Shown in pieces: positions 48,260 through 59,400 of a DNA stretch of 64,000 nt. The DNA comes from Rebecca billardiae RCC1528 (Eukaryota; Protista; Haptophyta): NCBI GenBank assembly GCA_965240325.2, contig OZ251233.1, forward strand, positions 1,798,001 through 1,862,000. The letters are read 5' to 3'. The first letter of the stretch is position 1. Each line of letters opens with the position of its first letter. Position numbers and translations under genes: made by a program. The notes under the pieces are model-generated. The model saw nothing but the letters and a program-made list of their open reading frames with translations. It searched no databases and was not told the DNA's origin.

Positions 48260-48810
48260 GCTCGCCGCCGGCCCGTCGCAGCGACCGGGGCACCGGGCAC
48301 ACCGCCGCCGAAAAAGCGCGCGACCGAATCACCGAAAAGAGAGATCGGCGAACCGCGCGCCCGGACCGGACTCATTCTATGATTTAACGATGACACAGGT
48401 AGGACTGGGCAGCCAGAAGACATCAGCACTGAGCACTCAGCAGTATTCAGTAACCCAGCCACACGTCTTCTCGCTCGAATTCGTCTGGTTCAAAGGTGCC
48501 AACTGTTCCAAGTGCTGCCAGGCGGCAAGCCGTAGACGACTGCCCCTTGCCCGCTCACCGCTGCCGAGTGCCGGGCCGTCGAGCCGGCTGCCGCCCTCGG
48601 GCTCGGACCGCGGACGGGCTGCCAGCGTCCGGGTCCGTGACTCGCCGCGTGCCGCGCCGTGCCCCGTCCATCACGCTGCGCCACCACGCCGCTCGCCGCG
48701 CCTTCGGTCGCACGGCAGCTGCCAGCACGACCCACCTGAAGCCCTGAATAGCTAAGACCGTTGCACCGTCCCGTTACAGTCATTTCGAGCCCTGCCGGCC
48801 GAGCCCGAGG

Positions 48811-50181
48811 TCACAGCGCGGGGCTGCTCGAAGCATTCGACTTGGCGGGCGAGCCGAGCGCCTGCTGCTTCTTCATCAGCTTGACGAGCAGCCGCTTCGA
48901 CTCGAGGTCGAGGTTGCGCAGGTCGATCTTCTCGCCGCCCTTGCCCTGGATCGCCGCGCGCAGCTTGTCCATCTTCAGCTGCCGCCGGAACGCCTCGGAG
49001 TGCTGCGGCGCCACCATCTCATGCGGGCCGACGTAGTGCGTGAACGGGTTGATCCCGACCACCACGCGCTGCTCGCCGCGCGGGAGGCGCGTCACGCGCG
49101 TCGCGGCGTGCGCCCATTCGCCCGGGTGCACGGTCGCGCGGTTGAAGCGGTACGGCACCTTGCGCCAGCCCGCCGCCGGGTCGTCCCAGTCGGCGGATGG
49201 CACGCCGTTGGGCGGCGGCAGGCGCACGCACTTGTACCCACACCGGTCGTAGTGCGCGAGGCCGTTCTCGTTCGCGCCGTACTCGCCGCCGCCCATCTCG
49301 CCCTCCTCGAAGGGCGAGAGCTGCAGCGTGATCGCGAGCAGCGGCGGGCACAGCTCGTTCGTCTGCTTGCGGTGCCACTCGGCGTAGTCGATGTGGTAGC
49401 TCACCTGGTGCCCCTCGGGGCCTTTGACTGCCCACACTTCAAAGCCGTGCACCCAGCCTGCGCCCATCGCGGGCGCGAGGAGGCGGCCGCCCTCGCGCGC
49501 GAGGAAGCTGCGCACCACCTCGAGGCCGAGCACGTCATCCTCGAGCTCGCCGCCGGCCTTAAGCTCCGGTGCCGCGCCAGCGCCCTCGGCCGCTCCCTCG
49601 AGCAGGACATACGTACCCCACGACTCCTTGCGCTGCACCGTGTACGCGTACGCGCGGCGCGCGAGCTCGGGCTCGAGCGCGCCGTCGATCACGGCCAGGC
49701 CGCCGGGCACGTGGACAGCCGGCGGCCGCACGAGCACCGTCGGCTGGCTGTTGCCGGGCGATGAGAAGCCATCGTCGTACGGCTGGGGCTTAGGCTCGTA
49801 TGGCTCCAGCCGCGCGGGCGGCGAGGGCGACGGAGCCTGCTGCGGTGCGGCGGTAGAGGCGGACGGCAACAGGCCCCCGACACGAGGCATGGCAAGCGTG
49901 CGGAACCTGAACGCACAGGCGACCACCCCTCCGACGAAGAGCCCACCCGCGAACGGTGCCATGGCTGGCTGTGCCAGCAGCTCGACGGTGCGCGGGATGT
50001 GTGCCTCGAGCGCATCGAACACGCGCTCCGCGCGGCGCCCGGCGGCGGCAGCGAGCGACGCGAGGACGGCGATGAGAGACCCCACCTGTTCGCCGACCGC
50101 AGCCAGCTCGGCCGCCACAAGGTCGATCGCCGCGTGCGCCTGCGCGACGAGCGCCGACTGTTGCGTCGACGACGACGGCAT
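48811..50181 (-). CDS. Putative 2OG-Fe(II) oxygenase-fold protein with N-terminal hydrophobic segment (456 aa)
   Basis: GFEVW..YHID (HxD), NRATVHPGEWAH (distal His), RVVVGIN; ATG at 50181. Confidence 0.7.
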   Translation of the reverse strand: MPSSSTQQSALVAQAHAAIDLVAAELAAVGEQVGSLIAVLASLAAAAGRRAERVFDALEAHIPRTVELLAQPAMAPFAGGLFVGGVVACAFRFRTLAMPRVGGLLPSASTAAPQQAPSPSPPARLEPYEPKPQPYDDGFSSPGNSQPTVLVRPPAVHVPGGLAVIDGALEPELARRAYAYTVQRKESWGTYVLLEGAAEGAGAAPELKAGGELEDDVLGLEVVRSFLAREGGRLLAPAMGAGWVHGFEVWAVKGPEGHQVSYHIDYAEWHRKQTNELCPPLLAITLQLSPFEEGEMGGGEYGANENGLAHYDRCGYKCVRLPPPNGVPSADWDDPAAGWRKVPYRFNRATVHPGEWAHAATRVTRLPRGEQRVVVGINPFTHYVGPHEMVAPQHSEAFRRQLKMDKLRAAIQGKGGEKIDLRNLDLESKRLLVKLMKKQQALGSPAKSNASSSPAL

Positions 50182-50277
50182 ATTGAACGCGCGAGCCTCC
50201 GCGGCTACAGTCGCAGCCACCTGACGCCATCCCGGTCGTGGCCGGCGTGCATGGGCGCACGCGCCAGGCGGTGGACG

Positions 50278-51708
50278 ATGTCGCGGCGTGGGCGCGAGCT
50301 CGCGCTTCCGCTGGCGCTTGTTCTGTGCGGCGCGCTGCTGCTCTTCTCGATCGCCGGCGCCCGCCGCGGCGCCGGGCTCGAGGCGCGGTGCGACGTGCGC
50401 GCGCTCGCGCGCGACGCCGAGGCGATCGACGTGCGTGGGTGCGGGCTGACGCAGCTGCCAGCGGAGATCGGGCAGTTCACGCGCTTGCGCAGGCTGGACG
50501 CGTCGAACAATCTGATCGCCGCGCTCCCGCCCCAGCTGCCCCCCTCGCTCGCCGTGCTCTTCCTCACGGGCAACCGCTTTGCTGACCTGCCGAGTCTCTC
50601 CGCGCTGCCGCGGCTGCGCATGCTCAGCCTGCGCAACAACAGGCTGCGTGGCACGCTGCGCGCGCGCGCGCTGCCGTCGCACCTGGCGTGGCTCATCCTC
50701 ACCGACAACCACATCGAGCACCTGCCCGAGGACCTCGGCTCGCCGCTCGCGCCAGACGGCCGCCCGGCCGAGTGCGCGCTCGTGAAGGTGATGCTTGCAA
50801 ACAATGCGCTGCGCGCGCTGCCGGCGAGCATGGCCGCGTGCGAGCGCATCGAGCTGCTCCGGCTGGCGAACAATCGGCTCGAGGCGCTGCCACCCTGGCT
50901 GCTGCGCCTCCCCCGCCTCGCATGGATTGCGCTCGCGTCCAACCCAGCGATGCCGCGCGCGCATGCGGCCGAAGGCGTACCATCGCTCACGCTCGCCGAC
51001 CTCGACGTTGACCGCGCGGCTGGTGCGCTGGGGGAGGGCACGAGCGGCGTGGTGTACCGTGGGAGGCTCACCGGCACCGGCGAGCTCATCGCCGTCAAGC
51101 TGTACAAGACGCAGCTCACCTCCGACGGCACGACCGCAGACGAGGCGCGCGCGAGCGCCGCGGTGGGCGAATCGGCCGCGATCGCGCGCACGCACGCGCT
51201 CGTCGTCGAGCGCAGGGCTGGCGGCGCGGAGGACACGATGGCCGGGATCGCGCTGGAGTGGCTCCCCGGCTTCCGCTCGCTGGGCGACCCGCCGTCCCTC
51301 GACACCATCTCGCGCGACACGTACCGGCCGGACGTGCGCTTCACGCTCGCGTCGGCCAAGCGCATCGCCGCGTCCATCTGCGCGGCGGGCACGCACCTGC
51401 ACGCGGCGGGGCGGCAGCTGATGCACGGGGACGTGTACGCGCACAACATCCTCGTCGACGACGCGGGCGCGGCCAAGCTTGCCGACTTTGGCGCCGGCTT
51501 CAGCTACGCGGGTGTTCCTGGCGCCGACGCGTTCGAGCGCATTGAGGTGCGCGCGTTTGCCATCCTGCTCGCCGAGCTCGCCGAGCGCATCGACCCGGCA
51601 CCGGGCGAGGCGGCCGAGGTCACCCGGCTTCGGAAGCTCGCCTCGCGCGTCGCGGATGCGCCGCCAGAACGCAGGCCGCAATTCGTCGGCGTGTGTGCCG
51701 AGCTGTAG
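50278..51708 (+). CDS. Leucine-rich-repeat protein kinase with N-terminal signal/TM segment
   Basis: About 7 LRRs (LxxLxxNxL), GEGTSGVVY, AVKLYK, TSDG, HGDVYAHNIL, LADFGA, IEVRAF. Alternative ATG at 50251. Confidence 0.88.
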   Translation: MSRRGRELALPLALVLCGALLLFSIAGARRGAGLEARCDVRALARDAEAIDVRGCGLTQLPAEIGQFTRLRRLDASNNLIAALPPQLPPSLAVLFLTGNRFADLPSLSALPRLRMLSLRNNRLRGTLRARALPSHLAWLILTDNHIEHLPEDLGSPLAPDGRPAECALVKVMLANNALRALPASMAACERIELLRLANNRLEALPPWLLRLPRLAWIALASNPAMPRAHAAEGVPSLTLADLDVDRAAGALGEGTSGVVYRGRLTGTGELIAVKLYKTQLTSDGTTADEARASAAVGESAAIARTHALVVERRAGGAEDTMAGIALEWLPGFRSLGDPPSLDTISRDTYRPDVRFTLASAKRIAASICAAGTHLHAAGRQLMHGDVYAHNILVDDAGAAKLADFGAGFSYAGVPGADAFERIEVRAFAILLAELAERIDPAPGEAAEVTRLRKLASRVADAPPERRPQFVGVCAEL

Positions 51709-52136
51709 TTCTAAGTCGAGCCGCGCGGCCTATGCTTGCCCGTGCGCCGCGAAGTTTGCGCGAGTGTGCGACCATATGTCGTGCCGTCATCATCGTCGTA
51801 GTATGATCCTGCCACTCGGCACTCGGCAGTAGCGCCGTTTCCCGTTGGCGGCGTTATACTTATGTCATCATCATCACTGTTACTGTACTACTCTAGCTAT
51901 AATGTATCGTCAGCATCGTAGCGCGCGATCTTACACTCGACAGCGGGCCATCGACGAATCACGACGACATCATTCACTAATCACTGTGACTGCTACTCGC
52001 CGACGAGCCACTGCGAGAGTGATCCGGATCTCGAGCAGTGATCGAGACGAGGGTGAGAGTAGAAGCAGAGTACGACGTGCTGTTTATGTTTTAACGTACT
52101 GCACATCACTTGGTTAAGGCGTGTACGAGCGGCGGC

Positions 52137-52183
52137 GACCGCAAAGTCATTACAGCAGCACGTGCTGTGATGACTTTGCGGTC
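52137..52183. other. Hairpin in the convergent 3' region of urease copy 2 and the LRR kinase
   Basis: GACCGCAAAGTCAT / ATGACTTTGCGGTC form a perfect 14-bp stem extendable to about 20 bp. Confidence 0.8.
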
Positions 52184-52243
52184 AACGGTGCAGCGCCGTA
52201 ACTCATCGTCACACGCTGAGCCTCGGATGACTCTCATGCGCGC

Positions 52244-55038
52244 TCAGAAGAGGAAGAACTTCTGCGCGAGCGGCAGCACCTTTGCGGGCTCGCACGTGAG
52301 GCGCTCGCCGTCCGCGGTCACCTCGAACGTCTCCGGGTCGACCCTGATGTCGGGGCAGTGGCTGTTGTGCACCATGTCCGCCTTGCTGACCGCGCGGCAG
52401 CGCTTCACCGCCTCCACGCCCTTCTTGAGGCCGTACCTCGAGCCCACGCCCGCGCGTGCCGCCGCCTGCGACACGAAGGCGAGCGACGTGCCACCGATCG
52501 CCTCCGAGCCGAACGCGCCGAACATCGGCCGCATCACCACGGGCTGCGGCGTCGGGATGGACGCGTTGGGATCGCCCATCTGCGCCCACGCGATCGTTCC
52601 GCCCTTCATGACGATCTCGGGCTTGGCCCCGAAGAGCGCCGGCTTCCACAGGACGAGGTCGGCCAGCTTGCCCACCTCGACCGAGCCGACGGCGTGCGCC
52701 ATGCCGTGCGCGAGCGCGGGGTTGATCGTGTACTTGGCCACGTACCGCTTGATGCGCGTGTTGTCGTCGCCGCTCGACGTGTCCTCGGGCAGTGCGCCGC
52801 GCTGCTCCTTCATCTTGTGCGCCGTCTGCCACGTGCGCGCCACCACCTCGCCCACGCGCCCCATCGCCTGCGAGTCGGACGAGATGATCGAGATGGCGCC
52901 GGTGTCGTGCAGGATGTCCTCCGCCGCGATCGTCTCGCCGCGGATGCGCGACTCGGCGAAGGCGACGTCCTCCGGGATGTTCTTGTCCAGGTGGTGGCAC
53001 ACCATCAGCATGTCGAGGTGCTCGTCGATCGTGTTGACCGTGAACGGCCGCGTCGGGTTGGTCGAGGAGGGCAGCACGTGCGGCAGGCCGCACACCTTGA
53101 TGATGTCGGGCGCGTGGCCGCCGCCCGCGCCCTCCGAGTGGTACGTGTGGATCGTGCGCCCCTTCATCGCCGCGATCGAGTCGTCGACGAAGCCGGACTC
53201 GTTGAGCGTGTCGGTGTGGATGGTGATCGCGACGTCGTGCTCGTCCGCAAAGCCGAGCGCGGTGTCAATCACCGAGGGCGTCGTGCCCCAGTCCTCGTGC
53301 AGCTTGAGGCCGGCGGCGCCCGCCTCGATCACCTCGAACATCCCGTCCACCGCGGACGAGTTGCCCTTGCCGGAGAACCCAAAGTTCATCGGGAACACGT
53401 CGGTGGCCTGCAGCATCATCTGCACCTGCGACGGCGCGGGCGTGCACGTGGTCGCGTTCGTGCCCGTCGCCGGCCCGGTGCCGCCGCCGTACATGGTGGT
53501 GAGGCCGGAGGCGAGGGCCTCGTCGATCAGCTGCGGGCAGATCCAGTGCACGTGCGTGTCGATGCCGCCCGCCGTCACGATCATCTTCTCGCCCGCGATC
53601 GCCTCGGTGGTCAGGCCCGTCACCATCCCCGGCGTCACGCCCGCCATCACGTCTGGGTTGCCCGCCTTGCCGATGCCCACGATGCGGTTGCCCTGCGGGA
53701 TGGGGCGCGCGCGCGCGCGCGCGGCGGACGGGCCGAGGGTCGGGAGCGTCGGCGGCTGGCGCGCGCGGGGGCGGCGCACGCGCGCGCGGCGCGCGCGCAC
53801 CTTGATGCCGATGTCCGCCTTGACGATGCCCTGCACCGCGTCGATGATGAGCGCGTTGGTGATGACGACGTCGAGCGCGTCCGCGGCGCCCACGCCCGTC
53901 GCCTGCCCCATGCCCTCGCGCAGCACCTTGCCGCCGCCGAACTTGCACTCGTCGCCGTACACGGTGGCGTCCTTCTCGACGCGCGCGAGCAGCCCCGTGT
54001 CGCCCAGCCGCACGCAGTCGCCCACCGTCGGCCCGAAGATGTCCGCGTACTGCGAGTGGCTCAGCTTGAGCGGCTTGCCCGGCACGGCCGCCGCCTCCTT
54101 GTGCCCAAACCCGCCCGCCTGCACGCGCGCCATCACCTCCGGCAGCCGGTCGGGGCTGGCGACGCCGTCGGTGAGCCGGTTGCCCGAGACGACGCGCTTA
54201 CCGCCCGCGATCTCGACCAGCGTCACCGTCTTCGACTCGCCCGGCTCGAAGCGCACGCTCGAGCCCGCGGGCACGTTGAGCCGGCGGCCGAGCGCCTGCG
54301 CGCGGTCAAAGACGAGCGCCTTGTTCGTCTCGAGGAAGTGGTAGTGCGAGCCGACCTGGATCGGGCGGTCGCCGGTGTTCGTCACGCCGAGCTCGATGAG
54401 CGAGCGCCCCGCGTTCAGCTCGATCTCGCCCTCGGCGTGCGCGTACGAGCCCGGCACGACCGTGTCGGCGGCGGCGCTCCCGAACGCGCTGAGCGGAGGC
54501 ACCGGCAGGAATGAGCCGCGCAGCGCCTCCTCGAGGTCGCCGTCCTCCTGGGCGATCGGGTTGTGCACGGTGAGCAGCTTGGTGCCGTCGGGAAATGTGG
54601 CCTCCACCTGCGCCCCGAGGCCGCCGCGCGCGCGCGCTCGTCTCAGAGTGCGCGCGCGAGCCACCCGCGTCGCGCGCGCGCGCGCGCGCGCGCGCAGAAG
54701 GGTCTTCAAGAGCGCGCGCGCGGCGCGCCCACCTGCACTTCGTGGATGAGGGACGCGACGCCAGGCATCACCTGCCGGCGGCCGAGGATGCGCTGCCCGA
54801 GCGTCATCAGCGTGGACACGGGCGAGCCCTCGCGGATCGCCTCCATCATCTGCGAGGAGATGAGCGCCACAGCCTCCGGGTGGTTGAGGCGAACGCCGCG
54901 CGCGAGGCGGCGCTGAGCGAGCTGGCCCACCTGCGAGAGTCGCAGGTGGTCGAGCTCGCGCGGCGACAGGTGCATCGAGCGCGCGTGCGCGGCGCGGGCC
55001 AACAGGCCCGCCGCACGCGAGGCCAGGCCGCCGAGCAT
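52244..55038 (-). CDS. URE: Urease, second copy; exons 55038-54733, 54607-53801, 53692-52244 (853 aa)
   Basis: Same exon lengths and motifs as copy 1; one amino-acid difference seen (FGGAA vs FGSAA). Confidence 0.96.
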
Positions 55039-55378
55039 CGTCGGGCGCTCGCAAATGCGCCGGCCTCGGCGAGTGTCGGGCTGACCGAGGCCAAGCTCGG
55101 CGATCTGTCCGTCCAGCCGGAGCCTTGAATATGGCAGCAGAACCAAACATCTGCTCGTATGAGTGCGGTACGGTAGTAGTAGCTGCCCAGACTGATTGCT
55201 ACTACGTCTATCATAAATGCGAGTCTGAATCTCGGGCCGGAAGCGATATCGTAGATACGATTTCGCGGACATCCCGCGCGGAGCGGTTCCCGTCACGTTC
55301 TGTCAGCTGATCGAGACCACCGCCACGCGTTCGCATTCGGGCCGCGAACACGCGAGCCGGCCGCCCGCCGACAGAGCG

Positions 55379-55942
55379 ATGTCCCTCGCACTCCGCTCGC
55401 TGGGAGTCGGCCGGACCGCGCAGCGCGCGCTTGGCGCACCACTCGTGCGCGTGCGAACCCACATGAGCCACACACACGACCACGCGCACGGCCCTGGTGA
55501 CTTTGCCACGCGCGAGCGGCCGGAGTGGCAGCTGCGCAACTTCCGCACGCGCGCCTTCACCGTGGGCATCGGCGGGCCGGTGGGCTCTGGGAAGACGGCG
55601 CTGGTGCTCCAGCTCTGCCAGCGGCTGCGCGACGAGGTCTCGCTCGGCGTCGTCACGAACGACATCTTCACGCGCGAGGATGCCGAGTTCCTGGGCCGCA
55701 ACGACGCCCTCAGCGTGGAGCGCATCCGCGCCGTCGAGACGGGCGGATGCCCGCACGCGGCGATCCGCGAGGATATCTCCTCCAACCTTGCCGCTCGTGA
55801 AGGCCTCATGCGCGAGTGCTCGCCGCCTCCTGAGCTCCTCATCTGCGAGTCGGGCGGCGACAACCCGTTCACTTGCCGGCCAACTTCTCACGAGAGCTCG
55901 CGGACTTCACGATCTACATGTCGAGGCGGTGACAAGGAGTGA
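55379..55942 (+). pseudogene. ureG: Truncated, frameshifted ureG copy
   Basis: Matches exon 1 of copy 1 up to ESGGDN, then an insertion/frameshift and a deletion. The donor is altered (AAGGAGTGA vs AAGGTGTGA) and exon 2 is not found. Confidence 0.85.
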
Positions 55943-56468
55943 CACGCGACGCGCACGCGCGAGAGCGTTGCGGCCTAGACCCGGTTGTCTGTACGGAACA
56001 TCTAAAGCCGCAGATCGACCTGCCAGAAGCGCGACCACGGCGGTAAGTCGCACCGACCAACCGTGATACATCGGAGGCAGATCCTCCACCAGCCAGGCTC
56101 CGACGGCCGGCCGGACGCGAGACCACTCGGGGAGCTGGTATGAAAGTGAGTATTTGTCCGGCCGAGGATGTTTTGTAGGTTCTTCTAGAGCTTGCTAGAG
56201 AGAATCGGCGGTAATCTTGTCGTCGTGGTCGAACTTGAGTACATCGGCAGGCCTTGAGTGCGGCTGACAAACCCCTCCGCCTTGTTCGCGAAACCTGAAA
56301 CAGCTCCGGCCTTTCTTCCCAACCGCAAGCTGGAAAGCCGCGCGCCCCGCGGCCGTGCACACCGCGCCCATCGATTCGCGGCGGAGCTCGTGGCTTGGGT
56401 CGGAGCTCCACAGCTCGTCGGGAGATCGACGACACCTTCCGCCGAGAGGTCGCGACCGCACGCGCAAG

Positions 56469-59400
56469 ATGCGCGCCTTCCTCCTGGCCGCCGTGGCCGT
56501 GGGCCTCGCGAACGCGTGGGACATCTCGTCCATCGACACGTCGAAGATCAAGGACGCGCTCTCCGACCCCTCGAAGCTCCAGGACTCGGACGCGATGAAG
56601 GACCTGCTCAAGCAGCAGGTCGAGGAGGCGGCCGAATCGCTCAAGGGCCACCTCTTCGAGCAGGCCAAGTCGTGGCTGGGGCAGCTCGCGAGCGCGGAGA
56701 GCCAGCCCAGCTCGGCGTCGGCGGTGGACGCGGTGCTCAGCGCCGCCCGCGCCGACCTGAACGCCTTCACCTTCCCGGGCGGTGGCGACATGCAGAAGAA
56801 GATGCAGGACGCCGCTGCGGCCGCCAAGTCCAAGGCGTCGGACATCATGGCCGGGAAGGGGCCGACGGACGAGGAGGCGAAGAAGGCCGTGCAGGACGCC
56901 GCGGACGTCGCGAAGGAGAAGATCAAGGAGCTCTTCGGCGGCTCGAACCCCAGCGCGGACGACGCCAAGCAGGCGGTGCACGATGCGGAGGCAGCCGCCG
57001 AGGCCGAGGCTGAGGAGGTGATGGAGGGCGAGGGGGCGGCGGATGCGAGCGACGTGGACGCGCAGCGGACGATGCAGGACGCCGCGGACGCCGCCAAGGC
57101 CAAGGTCAAGGAGATGTTCGGCGGCGTCACCCCGACCGACGAGGGCGCCAAGGAGGCGATGGCGGAGGCGGAGGCCAAGGCCGAGGCCAAGGTGAAGGAG
57201 ATCTTCGGCGGGCGCGCGCCGAGCGCGGACGGCATGCCGAGCGCCGACGACGCCGCGGGCGCCGCCACGGAGAAGGCCGCGGACGCCGCCGGCGCCGCCT
57301 CGGACGCCGCCAGCGCCGCCTCGGACGCCGCCGGCGCCGCGGCACGCACTGCGGGCGCCGCCGCCTCGGACGCCGCCGCGGGCGCGTCCGCAGGCGCGTC
57401 CGCGGAGGTGCCCAATGGCGCGGACGCGGCGAAGGCGATGCAGGACGCCGCGGCCGCCGCGAAGGCCAAGGTCGACGAGGCCGCCGCCGCGGCGATGCAG
57501 CTCACCCCGGACGAGCAGTCCGCGCTCGACGACCTCAAGCAGAAGATCAACTCCATGTCGGAGGACACGCTGGGCAAGGCCAAGGGGCTGCTCAACGACC
57601 TGAAGAAGGCGCAGCAGGACGCGGAGAAGGGCGACGAGGACGCGGCCGACGCGGAGATGAAGAAGGTGCTCGACGAGGCGAAGCAGGGCATCGACGTCGT
57701 GCCCGACAACGCGGGCTCCACGCTCACCGTCCCGCCCAAGATCGAGTCGAAGCTCGACGAGCTCTCCAAGCTGGTCGACGGCATGCCGCCCGCCGCGCTC
57801 GCCGAGGCCAAGGACATGGTGGAGGCGATGCAGCAGGCGGTGTCGCAGCACTCGGCGGGCGACGAGACGGGCTCGCGCCTCGCGATCGGCAAGGCGCTCA
57901 CCGACGCGAAGAAGGCGCTCGACGCCATCGCGGCCAAGGCGAAGAGCGACGCCGCCCTCCCGGCGCTCTCGACAAACCTCGTCTCGCTCTCTGGGCTGAT
58001 GGGCAAGCTGACCGACAAGATGAACAAGCTGACCGACGAGATGGGTGACGAGGCGCCGAGCTCGCTCACGGACAAGATGAAGCAGATCGGCGCGATGGGC
58101 GACTCGCTCGGGGACGGCACGCTCGACCAGGCGAAGGGGCTGCTCGACCAGTTGAAGGGCGCGGCCGCGAGCGAGGGCGGCGAGGACGACACGCTGTCGA
58201 GCGCGCTCGACAAGGCGATGAAGGCGCTCGACTCGATCACCGGCAGCCTCGGCTCGGACGGCGACGACACGCCGGCCGCGGACGCCGCGGGCGGCTCGTT
58301 CGTCGCGCTCAGCCCGGCCGCCGCCTCCGCCGTGCGCACCGTGATCAACATGAAGAGCTCCTCGAGCAGGCAGGCCAAGTCGCTCGCGGACGAGCTCGGC
58401 GAGCTCACGGCGGACGACCTCGCGAAGGCGAAGGACTGGCTGGGCGAGCTGAAGGCAGCGGCGGACGCGAAGCAGCAGGCGAGCAACGCGAACTCGCCCG
58501 AGCTCAGGGCGCAGGCGGAGGAGGTCGCGAAGGCCGCCAGCGACAAGGCGCAGCAGGACGCCGAGGCGGAGCTCGAGTCTGTCGAGGAGGCGAAGGCGGC
58601 CGGCTCGAGCTCGGCCGCGCGCGACGCGTCCGCGCTCCTCGACGCGGCCGCGCTCGTCGCCGCGTTCGACTTCGGCCCGTTCCAGGCCAAGGCGAACAAG
58701 CTCGCGAGCAAGCTGCACGAGATGGCCCCCGACGCGCAGGAGCAGGCGCAGGGCTTCCTCGGCGACCTCAAGGCCGCCGCGGAGGCGAAGGCCGCCAAGG
58801 CGAGCGCGACGACGCCGGAGGCCAAGGAGGCGGCCAAGGACGCGCTGCACCAGGCGATGAAGGCGTTCGGGGAGAAGAAGGAGGCGGCGCTCGAGGCGGC
58901 GAAGGGCGCGGTGGGCGACGCGATGGGCGGCGGCGGCGCCGCCGCCGCCCTCGTCCGCTTCGACCTGAGCGACCTCACCGAGAAGGCCAAGGAGCTCAGC
59001 TCGAAGCTGTCGGCACTCTCGCCGGACGCGCAGGCCAAGGCGCACGGCTGGCTCGATGATCTCAAGGAGGCGGCCGACGCCAAGGCGAAGCAGATGGCCG
59101 CGAAGGGCTCGCAGGCGCGCGAGAAGGCCGAGCAGATGGCCGAGGCGGCCAAGGAGCGCGCCGAGCAGAAGGCCGAGGCCGCGCTCGAGGCGGCCGGCTC
59201 GAAGGCCAAGCGCTCGGCGCAGGCGGCCGAGCAGGCGGAGGCGGCGGTCGTCGAGGCGGCCGAGGAGGGCGCGGCGGGCGCGGCGCCGGCGGCGGCGAGC
59301 GCGCCGCCGAGCGTCGACGACGCGGTCGTGCTGATCGACGACCTCTCGCGCGAGGTGCAGTCGCTCCGCGCGCAGCTCAAGGCGATGCAGGCGTCGGGCG

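Larger units (their letters stand above)
52241..55945. repeat. Right arm of the inverted ureG-urease duplication
   Basis: Reverse complement of ~8935-12645. Confidence 0.95.

Noticed and set aside
48811-51681. 956-aa ORF as one protein
   Set aside because: The 5' half is antisense to the LRR kinase; the credible protein starts at ATG 50181.
52244-55150. 968-aa uninterrupted urease ORF
   Set aside because: It reads through an in-frame 108-nt intron and uses the wrong frame upstream; the spliced three-exon model matches copy 1.
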